Source of the DNA: Podarcis gaigeae
Lineage: Eukaryota
Strand: one strand, 5' to 3'
Assembly: GCA_964106915.2 (NCBI GenBank)
Contig: OZ066919.1
Length of the DNA: 64,000 nucleotides
Shown here: piece by piece, positions 11,743-23,914 of the stretch
Layout: every line of letters begins with the position of its first letter
Position numbering within the stretch: the stretch's first letter is position 1
Position numbers and translations under genes: made by a program
The notes under the pieces: model-generated
Databases searched by the model: none
The model's input: the letters and a program-made list of their open reading frames with translations, nothing else
Told to the model about the DNA's origin: nothing

Positions 11743-13393
11743 ATGCTTGGAAGATTGGTGGTTCCAGTATTATGGCGAAATTGCAATGTAGTGAATGCAC
11801 CTAGTCAAGATGGATTTGTAATGTTCCAAAATGTCACATATAGCTCCTATCAAGAAAACAAGTATGAGATGGAGGTTGGTTTCATCACGGTTGGGCTGGT
11901 TTTCAAATTCCAAATGTGGTCATAGCTGATGATATAGGATATACTGTTGCAACTCCCTGTTACTGGTGTGTGTCCTTCCTTCATAAAGACATTGTTGGGA
12001 CATCTCTCTCTCATTTATTTGTTTTCCTTTTGGGGAATTTAGCAATTAAAGAAAAGCACACCAACTTTTTATAGTATGGAATTGATTCCTCTTACTGTTT
12101 ACTGAATCCCACTATGCTGCCATTGTTGTTGCATGCCAAAATCTCTTCTAAGTAGTTATAAATGATAAAATCCATAAATAATTCAAATGCACAGTGAAAC
12201 AATTCCAGCAAAGCATCCATAATTAAAATAGACAATGAAATAAGACAGTTAAAAAGCAGAGCAATTAAAACAGTTAAACAAAGAAGGAAGGTCAAGCTCA
12301 GGGGAATGCTTGCCTCAGCAGGTTTTGTCTTCAGGAGCCAGCAGAATGGAGCTGCTGATCTTGTAGGTGAGCCCAGAGGGCATTCCACAACCCTGGTGCC
12401 AGCAGGGAAAAGCTGTCCTCTGCATCATGGAAAGCTGATAAGCATCAGGCTGTGGCAAAACTAAATACAGTTTTACAAGGTAGTCCAAGGGCTCTTCTCC
12501 CCATACTGTCCCTTTCCTTTCTAAGCAGCTTCAAAGCTGCAAAGGAAAAGATGAAGAGCCGTCCTTAGATCAGTTGGACAGAAGAGCGCATTCCAGAGCA
12601 TTCCATTTTCTGAGCCACACATTGCTTTGGGGGCTATGGGGAGCTTGGGTTCTTCCTGGAGCAAATCCTCCATGTCCCTCTTAGCCAGAAATGGCCTTGT
12701 AGAGGAGGGGCTGCTACATGGGGGGCAGCAGCAGTCAAAAGGGAAGGGGGGTTAACTGCTTTCCTTCCCCCAGGGGGCCAAGTGGGAGTGAGTTGATGAT
12801 ACAAACACTTAAATGGATATATTAATATCAGAGGCTTAAATCCTTTTTGCTAAAATAAGAAAAAGATGACTGGCATATTATTAAGAGCTGTATATAAATT
12901 ACCACCACAAATTCTCTTAGAATGTACAGCTTGCTTTTTAGCAACTCTTGAATTTATCAAAGCATGTACATCTAAAGCTGTATATCTTAAATATTGTTCT
13001 CTGCCCCTCTCTAGCCCATGAAACATGAGGTATTTGCTTGGTTTAGAGGTTGCGCTGGGGAAGAGCAGGCCTCTTGCAACTTTGAACAGCTGGGCAGCAT
13101 GGAGAAATTCAACAGGCTGAGCCTTTTCTAGTATGGAAATACATTTATGGCTAACAGCTCATCTGCTGACACTCTCTCTGCCATAGTTCTTATTACTTGT
13201 GGGTGGCTCCTGACTTTCACACCCCGGTAAGTCAGTGGCCCTGTAATCTTACTAAAGGAGCCCAGGGCAACATAGAAAAAGCTTTCCCACTTCTCTTATA
13301 CTTGCCAAAGTAAAGTCGACCAGATGGGGGTAGGAATCTGGCCATGGTTTTCTCCACTATGGTGAGATATATTTCATTATTCATTTGCATCTA

Positions 13394-13623
13394 CAGTGGT
13401 ACCTTGGAAGTCGAACAGAATCTGTTCCGGAAGTCCGTTCTACTTCCAAAACATTCGGAAACCAAAGCGCGGCTTCCTGCACTCAGTCAGAAGATGCAGA
13501 ACTCACGTTGGACATTCGGGTTCCAAAGAATGTTTGCAAACCCGAACACTCACTTCCAGGTTTGCAGTGTTCGGGAGCCAAAATGTTCGACTCACAAGGC
13601 ATTCAGGATCCAGGGTACGAATG
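13394..13623. mobile_element. Tigger/pogo-like MITE (different subfamily)
   Basis: TA|CAGTGGTACCTTGG ... CCAGGGTACGAATG|TA. Confidence 0.8.
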
Positions 13624-15869
13624 TATACTTATAAATAGGCATATAAATATTTATGCAAATAAGTGAAAGCTTATAATATTTGGACTTTTAAGTTTGGGGC
13701 AGACATGATACAGATTTATAGAATTATTCATGGAAGGGAGAAAGTGGGTCAAGGGAAGAGTTGCTCCCTCTTGCATAATACTTGGCAGGGAGTGTGTGTC
13801 ATCAGATGAACCTGAGAGGTGGGAGATTCAGGAGAGACCAAAGGAGGCACTTCTTCACACGGGATGGGATGGGACAGCTGGCAATGTGTAGAAGGACATC
13901 AGCCAAACTCATAAGGTAATGGGTGGCTACCAGTCACGATGGCCACAGGATTGGAGCTCGGGTGCCTCTGAAGGCTAGTTGCTGGGCAACCAGAGGGAGC
14001 CCATCTTGAACTCAAGTCCAGTTTCCAGCCTTCGCAGGGTGTCTGGATGGGCCGCTGTGGGAGACGGGATGCCGGGTGAGATTAACTTTGGATCTGCTCC
14101 AGGAAGGCTTCTCGTAGAGTCCTACTGGGACTGAGTCTAAAGTCCCTGCCAGGAGGGCCAAATCAGAAGCATCTGAAAGCAGCTGCCCTCTTGAGCAAGA
14201 TCAGCCTGCGACTCTGGCCTGAGAAAGGCAGCCGACTAATCCTGCAGGGGTGGCGTGTGGCCACCTGACCTCTGCCCTGCAGTGTTTCCTCACCCTTGTT
14301 GTTCTGATTGGCAGCCAGCGGGTAAGAGCCCTCATCCTGATCCTTAGCAACTTCCTCTCGTTTCTGATCCCTCAGACTCACATGCTACTCAGCAGTTTCA
14401 ACAGAATTTATCTGCTGCCTTGACCTCTCGCCTGCATTCCTGTGTGGCCTTTGCCCTGAATTGCCAGGGCCTCCTCTGAAGCAGAGCAGCTCCTTGTTCT
14501 CCTCCTCCTGCCCCCCAGCTGGGCCGCTGCTTTGAAATCTGCATTCAACTGGACCCTGTTCCTCAAGTGAGTGTTAAAAGAAAACAGAGCCACCTCAGGG
14601 TGCCATCCTAGCGCCACCTCCTTTCTTGGTGCCTCCATCCTCTCAATGAAACCATCCATGGACAACCCAGTGTCCTGCTGCTTTTGAACTCCTAGACACA
14701 GGACTTGCTGGTGGAGTTGGACTTGGGTGTCTTTGGAGCCTGCGGCCGGGGGGGGCGGGACTTATGCCTCCCCAGCTTCCGCCCTCTCTGCCCTCTGGCC
14801 GTGCTGCTTGAGGCTCCTGGGAGCTAGAGTCCAGCCACATCCCAAGGGGCAGCTGTGCAGAGTAGCCTCTTCTGCCCCCTCCCTTGGTTTGAGGGGCTCT
14901 GGGCCCTAGCCAAGCTAGCAGCCTTTTAGCCGTCCACAGGCAACCATTGATAGAGGGCGCCTATATTTTTAAAGCTAGAGACAGCAGTTGAATGAAAAGC
15001 ATTTTTATTTTGCAAACCTAGGCATGGCTGAAACCCCAGCATAAGCACTGCTATTGCAGACTCCATGAGCACATAGTTAAACGATGGAACACGTTCCCAC
15101 AGGAGGCAGTGATGATCCCCAGCCACCATGGCTTTAAAAGAGGAGGAGCAGGAGAGGGCTGTCAATGTCTGTTGATGGCTAGCAGCCACGGTGCCTCTGT
15201 TCTGCCTCCTGCTGGGGGCAGCCAGGCTTCTGAATCCCAGTTGCTGGCCTTTGGCCTTTTAAACTGGTGGGGAGGGTATTGTTTTTATGTTATTATTTAT
15301 TATTTTATAATAATAATAAATTTTATTTATTTATTTATTTTATTACTTATTATTTTATTTATTTTCATGGTTCTCTATTGAAAACTGCCCTGGGACTCTC
15401 GGATGAAGGGCGGTAGAGTAATTTAAGAAATAAAAGCCACAGGTGGGAAAGAGCTCTTGCTTGCGGGATTCCTATGTGCATTTGTTCAGCCACGGTGAGA
15501 ACGAGATGCTGGACCAGGTGGGCCATTGGCCTGATCTGTCTGCCAGGCTTTTCTTCGGTTCTTGCATTATGTGAGGGGCTAGCAGAGGAGACTTTTGTGA
15601 ACCCTTTCCTCCCTGGCATTTTCTTGATCTAAATACCTCTGTCTTAGTGCTATTTGCCTAGCTGGCGAAAACACCTTATAGAAAGTGAGCATTTGTCTCT
15701 TGCAGAGGGTGGAAAGGGAGAGGAAGAAGCAGAAGGGCTCTTCCTTGGGATGGGAACCCCTGAGGGTAGCAAGGCTCAGGGCTTAGAGATGACTGGTGTC
15801 TTCCAAGTAAGGAATCCCCAGGACTAATGCTGCAAAAAAAGGTCTTCAAGCCTGTTAGATCTGTCAGTG

Positions 15870-16046
15870 TGCTATGACCTTTAGTTGGGAAATAGTGAAG
15901 TACACCCCGCTGGCTTCTTTGATAAGGGTGGGGAGGGACTTAGTTTGGCTTTGCTGTGGGGGCTCAGGGAATCGCTTTAAAAGCCAGTGGGGTTTGCGAG
16001 GAATTCACTCCCTAGCTTAGCTTGACTCTCCAGCCAGCCTGTGAAA
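15870..16046 (+). promoter_or_regulatory. Putative HMGCS2 proximal promoter and 5' UTR
   Basis: TATA-like TTTAAAA at 15976-15982, GGGTGGGG box at 15926, nuclear-receptor half-site TGACCTTT at 15875-15882, all upstream of the ATG at 16047. Confidence 0.45.
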
Positions 16047-16150
16047 ATGTTCCGGCTTTTCAGCAATGCAAAGCGCTGCTGGCCGATGAAACGGACATTG
16101 CAAAGGCCCCCTGGGCGAGTCCATTTGCCAGCAATGGTGCAGCAAAACAG
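16047..16150 (+). CDS. HMGCS2: HMGCS2 exon 1 (mitochondrial targeting peptide)
   Basis: [34 protein letters not shown]; 104 nt; donor CAG|GTAAGG, phase 2, matching exon 2. Confidence 0.88.
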
Positions 16151-19100
16151 GTAAGGAGGCCGGAGGGGGGAGGGGGCAGCCTTGACAGCCTCAGTCTGTG
16201 TAAACAGGACATTTCGCACAAGTTTTGAAATATATACCGTAAATGATCTGCCTGGAAGGCTTTGACAAAATGATGATGCTCTAAGGAATGCAGGAGTTAA
16301 CAAAAAGCAGCAGGTTTACATTTTCTCTAGACTCACCTGCATCCTACTTGAAAATGGAAAACAGGCCATTCTGAAAAGTCATTTTCCGTACAACAACCAC
16401 ACCAGTTTTTTGTATGTTTTTTTATGTCACACCTTCCAAAACAATTACCACCAGTTCCTTTCCAACTTTGGGGAGAGTATTTGTGGATTTTCATACCTGG
16501 AGGCTGCCAGTACAAAGGAACCAATAGCTCAAGGGGTGCCTCATGAAAGCACTCGTGAAAATCTTTCTACATGACAAAAAGAGGAATATTGATTTCTGGC
16601 TGCATTTCCCATATTTTAGCTGCACCAATAGCCTGTATCCAGCAAACATTTTCACAGAAGTGTTTTGCAGGCAGAATCCACAAGTAGGAGACAAAGTTCC
16701 TACTGCTCCTGCTCAGAGATCCTGACTGCAGAATCCATAGGTGGACTTGGGCTTCCTTCACAACATTGTGATCCTGTATTCCTTCCTGCACACAAATCCC
16801 TTAAGGGAGAAAACGTTCTGCATCCAAACTGACCTTAGACCAGGCACTGAGTGATGGGGGAAAGTGGATTGACAAAATGGAGCCACTAGCAGAGGAACCG
16901 GAGAACATGTTTGCTTTTTTGTTTGACTGATCATTAAATTTATTATGCCCTCATTTTCTTTATAAAATAAACTCAAATTAGCTATCAAAAAAGTTCAAAA
17001 AATTAATAAAACACATTAAAACCTGGACAAATTTCTTAGATCAGTTTCCTATGATAAAACCAAGAGCAGGATAAACCAATATTGCACAAAAACAGGGGGG
17101 GGGTGGATCTTTCAAAAAATGAATTGAGAGTGGGTTTTGTTAAAGGGCAAGAATACAAATCTAGTTTGAAAAAATACATTTGCCCTTTGGACCTGAACTC
17201 GAGCTGTGTCCAGAAATGTTGACCTTGCATCAGCTTAATCAAAGACCTTTCAGTTAAACATTAACCTCCTGATAAGAGTCAGTGTGCAGGGTGAGATTAT
17301 AACACAGGAATCTCTTGATCTTAGGGTTAGGATACGGGATGGTAAGGAGGTCCATGAGGAGGCAAAGGAACCAAGAATGTTTATCAGGCGGCACCCGGGT
17401 CCAAGTTGCAGCAGAGGTGACAATGTTAAGGGGCCTCACAGCTCAAAGCCATTCCTCAAAGTGGGGGTGGGGCAGAAGGTCACATCTCATTTTTTAAATC
17501 TTAAAATATTTCTGGGGGAAAAACCAGTAGTTTATAAAGTAAAAACAACAGCAATAAAAATTGCACAATGCACTCGTCACAGAAAGAAGAATGAAAGCCA
17601 GTGTGGTGCAGTGGTTAGACCGTTGGACTAGGGCCTGGGAGATCAGGGGTTCAAATCCCAACCACTGGGTGACCTTAGGCCAGTCACTCTCAACCAGTCA
17701 CCTCACAAGGTGGTTGTGCTAATAAAATGGACGGGGGAAGAACCACCCGCATCACCTTGAACTCCTTGGAGGAAAAGTGGGATGAACATAATAAAAATAA
17801 TAGCAGCATCAACAAAGCAGGAAATAATACAGAAGCAAAAAACAGAGATGCTGCTTCTCAGAACTTCTCAAAGGTTTTTACCTGCCTTTGGAAAGACAGA
17901 GAATCCTACAAGAGCCTTTCTCAGAAGAACGGTACAATAAAACATAAAAATAGAAATGCTGGAAGTTTTGAAGAATGATGAACACATTTAACCAAAATGT
18001 TTTGAGCTGGTGTCTAAATTTCACAGCAGAAAGAGTTCCAGAGCTGGCTCGCCAGGGAGAAGGTCTTCTGATACGTCACCTAGGAGCAGGATGTTAGAGG
18101 CTCTCCCTAGCATTGGTTTTCAGAGGGTGTGGCAGGAGAGGAGGGCAAGGGTGACCAGAAGATTGAAGAACAATCCATTTTGGGAATGATCCACATTCTT
18201 ATGTAGCTGCATTGTTTGATGCTTTCTGGCTGCCCCATGATCATATGATAAAATAGTTGTGTTCTGTGTTATAAATCAAGCACTGCTAGGAGTTGTTTCT
18301 TTTTGTTTTCAATGCTTTTCTTTCTTATCAATTAAAAAAAATGGTGTGGCATGAGCAAATTTTTATTCTGAAAGTGTGGCCCAGAGAAAAAAGTTTGAGA
18401 AGCACTGCTCACTAGGATGCAATTGTAAGCAGAGCTGGGGAGGGAGCTCAGTTGGAAGGAATCATAGAATCATAGAATCATAGAGTTGGAAGAGACCACA
18501 AGGGCCATCGAGTCCAACCCCTTGCCAAGCAGGAAACACCATCAGAGCACTCCTGACATATGGTTGTCAAGCCTCTGCTTAAAGACCTCCAAAGAAGGAG
18601 ACTCCACCACACTCCTTGGCAGCAAATTCCACTCTCGAACAGCTCTTACTGTCAGGAAGTTCTTCCTAATGTTAGGTGGAATCTTCTTTCTTGTAGTTTG
18701 GATCCATTGCTCCGTGTCCGCTTCTCTGGAGCAGCAGAAAACAACTTTTCTCCCTCCTCTATGTGACATCCTTTTATATATTTGAACATGGCTATCATAT
18801 CACCCCTTAACCTCCTCTTCTTCAGGCTAAACATGCCCAGCTCCCTTAGCCGTTCCTCATAAGGCATCGTTTCCAGGCCTTTGACCATTTTGGTTGCCCT
18901 TCTCTGGACACGTTCCAGTTTGTCAGTGTCCTTCTTGAACTGTGGTGCCCAGAACTGGACACAGTACTCCAGGTGAGGTCTGACCAGAGCAGAATACAGT
19001 GGCACTATTACTTCCCTTGATCTAGATGCTATACTCCTATTGATGCAGCCCAGAATTGCATTGGCTTTTTTAGCTGCCGCGTCACACTGTTGGCTCATGT

Positions 19101-22100
19101 CAAGTTTGTGGTCAACCAAGACTCCTAGATCCTTTTCACATGTACTGCTCTCAAGCCAGGTGTCACCCATCTTGTATTTGCCCTTCCCATTTTTTTTGCC
19201 CATGTGTTTACATTTCTCCCTGTTAAAATTCATCTTGTTTGTTTTGGCCCAGTTCTCTAATCTTTCACTTCGCCTAAGACTTCGCCTGTTCTCCTGGAAT
19301 TCTCAAAGATGTCTGCCAGTGGTTCTGAGATCACATCTGCCAGTTCTTTTAATACTCTTGGATGCAGTTCATCTGGCCCTGGAGACTTGAATACATCTAG
19401 ACTAGCCAAGTATTCTTGTACTATCTCCTTAGTTATTCTGGGCTGTGTTTCCTCTGCTGAATCATTTGCTCCAAATTCTTCAGGTCGGGCATTGTTTTCT
19501 TTATCGGAGCAGACTGAGGCAAAGAAGGCATTGAGGAGTTCAGCCCTTTCTGTGTCCCCTGTTTGCGTTTCACCATCTTCTTCTCTGAGTGACCCCACTG
19601 TTTCTTTTGTTCTTCCTTTTGCTACGAACATACCCATAAAAGCCTTTTTTGTTGCTTTTAACCTCTCTAGCAAGCCTGAGTTCATTCTGTGCTTTAGCTT
19701 TTCTGACTTTGTGTCTACACGTGCTGGCTATTTGTTTGAATTCCTCTTTGGTGGTTCCCCCCTTTTCCATTTTTTGTACACATCCTTTTTTAATCTTAAC
19801 TCAGTTAAAAGTTCTTTAGATAGCCACCCTGGCTTCTTTAGGCACCTTCCATGTTTCCGTCTCATTGGTATTGCCTGAAGTTGTGCTTTTACTATCTCCC
19901 TCTTAACAAACTCCCAGCCATCATGAACTCCCTTTCCTTTTAGTACTACTGTCCATGGGATCTCACCCAGCACTTCCCTAGGTTTTATGAAGTCGGCTTT
20001 CTTAAAGTCAAGAAATTGAGTCCTAGTATGCTTGGCTGCTCCTTTCTGCTGTATAGTGAACTTCAGGAGATGCACTGTTTGGGGCCCAGGGCTTAAATCC
20101 GACCCCCTGGCCAAGTATCCCTTTGAACCTCTGCGGAGAGGTCAGTGCAGCTGCTTTGTGATGATCCACCATGGAGACAGTTCTGAGGAAAGCAATGCCA
20201 TGGGGAGATCTGTTTGGTTACATGCATCTTGTCTGAGCAGCCAGAGATCCTCTTCCTTTGTAGACTGTAAGGAAACTCTCCTCTCTGCTTGCCTTGCAGT
20301 TTCTCCAAAGGCTCTGTGCACCACCAGGCAAATCCTTCCTCCTCCTCCTCCTGGCCCAATGATGTGGGCATCCTTGCTCTGGAGGTGTACTTCCCTTCCC
20401 AGTATGTGGATCAGGTTGAGCTGGAGAAGTATGATGGGGTGGAGGCTGGAAAATACACTGTGGGCCTGGGGCAGAAGCAGATGGGCTTCTGTGCGGCCCA
20501 CGAGGACATCAACTCCTTGTGCCTGACAGTCGTGCAGCGTCTGGTAGAGCGAAGCCGCCTGCCCTGGGAGTCCATCGGCCGACTAGAGGTTGGCACAGAG
20601 ACCATCATTGACAAATCCAAAGCTGTCAAGACAGTTCTGATGCAGCTCTTTGAAGATTCAGGAAACACAGATGTTGAAGGCATCGACACCACCAATGCCT
20701 GCTATGGAGGAACAGCCTCCCTCTTCAATGCAGCTGACTGGATTGAGTCCAGCTCCTGGGATGGTAAGTGATGGTGGTCTCAGTGGCACCCCCTCAGACC
20801 CCCACCTGGAAGGTGTCCTCTCCAAAAACAAGCATCCAGGCACGTCCACAGGGCCGACTTGGCCCAGTCATATATCCTTCCATGCCTGCCTACACCCCAT
20901 CTCTAAGGCATGGATGTAAGACACAGCCGGTCTCAGAATAACAGGTGGTGTAACTTGAAGCCTCGGGGCCACAAACACTTGCCTGAGGTCTCACACCAGG
21001 AGACAGTTTGGAAATGTTTAGGAGGCTGGGCTGTGTGGGAATCACCCTCAAATTTCCCTCCTTTGGAATTTTCAGAAGTTGCTGTGAGTAAAACATTTTG
21101 TGACGTTTCTTGGCTCCACTCAGCAAATGATACTTCCTATTCCTGGAGCTTTTTGTAGAGAAGGCGTGCTGCTTAAGTGACTCTCCCAGCCAGGTTTTGT
21201 CCCATTTTTTGCTATAGGGTAGCATTTTGCAATTTTATACTTCTGCCATCAGGAGACATTGGGGCTGCCCATTCTCCTCACGTTAAAGAAAGCTTGTGGC
21301 GGTTCACTTTTGTGCTCCTGGAGGAGAAGGAATTTGGTGGGTGCCATGTAGACTCTATAGATTCTCTTGCGGCACCACAGTTCCCAGAGTCTCTCTGAGG
21401 GACACAAGGAGCGAAGCAGACCAGGGGAGAGCTAGCCGGGGGGGGGGAGAAATAGCTAGAGAAACACCTGTTACAGCCGGGATGGGGGGCTTCCAGCCCA
21501 TCAGGCTAATTAGTCCACCATTTGGCCTGCAAGGCTATTTTGGCCAAGCCACGCCCACCCTACACCTGATGACAGGTATGCCCTCCCATCAGGTGGCCTA
21601 CCTGCTAGATCCTCACCCCTGTATTATGGGAATAAAGAGGTTAAAACTGCTCCCTGTCTAAAAAAAAATTATTTGCTAGACAAACCTCAAGGAGACACAA
21701 GGCCATTGTTTCTAGCAGTACAGAAGAATCTAGCTGCTAAGTTCTGTCACAAGCATATGGGAAAGGAACAAAGCAAGAAGTGTTTGCCTCTGCATGCCAA
21801 CTGTGCAGAGATGCAACCCTTCTCCTCCATATTGCAGAGTCTTCCCAGAGACAGCTGAGTGAGAGTTGCAGATTGTTCAAGCCGAGTGGTTCGTTCTCAC
21901 ATATGAGTCATAGGTCTTCTAACAAAAATAGGTCTCCTGACCAGAGATTTGGAAGGAAAACAATTTAAAGAGAGATAGAGAGCTGAGAGAGCCAGGCAAT
22001 TATCTGTATAAACTTTGCAAGCATATAGTAGGATTATTATTATGGTTTCTGCAAAGAGAAGGTTGTAAGGAAAGAATTATACTTTGAGAGTGTATGTATC

Positions 22101-23876
22101 TACAATAAGTTAGCTTAATCATAGTTACAATGGACCAGATTTTCTCAGTCCTTGCAGATATGGGAGGAGATGTGTCCTTGCGCTCCCATGCTCAGCTTTT
22201 GACGAAGTTCCTCCTGAAAGGTTTTTGAGTAAACTTAAAGGAAATGGAACAGGTCCCTTTATGGACTGATAACTGATTTAATGCAGCAGAGTTGGGCAAT
22301 GTCAACACAATAGACAGGATGTGAACTGATAGGGACCATGGTGAGAAGCTCAGTTTTCCATAGCGATGGAAAGACCAGTTTTAGGGATTTTATTAGAAAA
22401 CAAAGCAGCCACTGCTGTAAACCTATGATCAAAGGAGGCTCCTTGTTGGGTCAAGTGGGGCAGGCCCCCACCCAAGAAAGACCTCCAAGGCCATAGTCTG
22501 GTCTCCCTTCCTTAGTCATACATTTCCACTGATTGAGGCTCTTCCTGCATGATTCTGCCCATCTGCTGGTCCATTGACTGGCAGAAGATGCAGGAAGGCA
22601 AAAGGACAGGCAAAAGTGAAGACACAAGGCATCGTGAACATGTGGAACGGGCTGCCATCTGTGCCTTCAGCCCTCTTTACTGTGCATTTATGATCATGTG
22701 TTTATTAAAATTTATATACCGCTTGGTAGTAAAAGCAAACTAACCTCAAAGTAGTTTACAAAAAGGAAACAGCAATGTTCTCATATTGTTTATGCTTGAG
22801 GTGGTCTTGGGGCGGTTATACGCAATCCTACTCCTGATACTGTTTGCGCCTGCAAAATATTTGTTGGGTGGTCTTCCTGCTTTGTCTCCAACTGGTACAA
22901 GTCCCATAATGCCATGATGAAGCCCTCAAACTTTTCATGTCACAAATGTTCTAGGCTTTGTTTGTTTCTTTTGTCTGTCCTTTGTTGCTCTGTTGTGCTA
23001 GAGTGCCCCCTCCAGGTGGCAAAGAGGCAGCAATGTTTTGGGAAGCATCCCAGAGTGACAAATAAAGCAGAACGATGGGCAGTCCAGTATAAATCCACCA
23101 CAAATTCACTGTCATCGCTGACATGTTGTTGGAGACCCTGGGAGGGAGAGGGCTGCTCTTGTGCTCTAGTTCTGCTCCCTGGTTTCCCACAGGCATCGGG
23201 GCGGCCCCTGTGAGAAGAGGAGGCTGGGCAAGGTGGCCAGAGGCGGATCTGGGGGGATGCAACCAGTTTGGTCCCACTGGGCACAGAACCTCAGCTTTGC
23301 AGGGGATGCTGCAACTATGGTTTAGAGGAATAGAGCATGAGAGGCAGGCACTGAAGTTTAGGAGACCCCAACGTCCGCCACTGCAGCAGGTTTTTCTTAT
23401 GTTCAGAGGTGCCTCTGAATGCCAGATTTTGGGGACAAGCAAGAGGGGAAGTCCATTGTCTTTGTGCTCCACTCAGAAGATCCTTGGAAGCCTCTGGCTG
23501 TTGGGAAGACAGCTGTGCTTTCCTCAAGCCCAGAATAATTCTTTTCTGGGGGTTGTTCCATGCCTAACAGGCCTAAGGAGAGAGATGGTGGGTTCGCCAT
23601 TTCATCATTGCTGCTTGCAAAATTCTTATACCTAGAAACCTGTGTGTTTTTCGCTTAGCAGAAAACAAGAATACCTGTTTTGCTGTGCATTTTATTGGAA
23701 AAATAGTTAAAGCATTTTGGGAGAGTATGAGTAGGTTAATAAGGACTGAAGGCTCTCCTTTTTCATATCGTACCTTTGCTTTGTAGTATCAGGCATGGTC
23801 TCTGCCAGCCATTTTTTTTTTCAGTCCTCAGGGCCAAACTAGATGTGTGAGATCTTTACATGGGATTGCCTATGAA

Positions 23877-23914
<38 letters not shown>

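Noticed and set aside
1-16000. REG4 expected from mammalian synteny
   Set aside because: I found no C-type lectin motifs (WIGL, WND, conserved Cys pattern).
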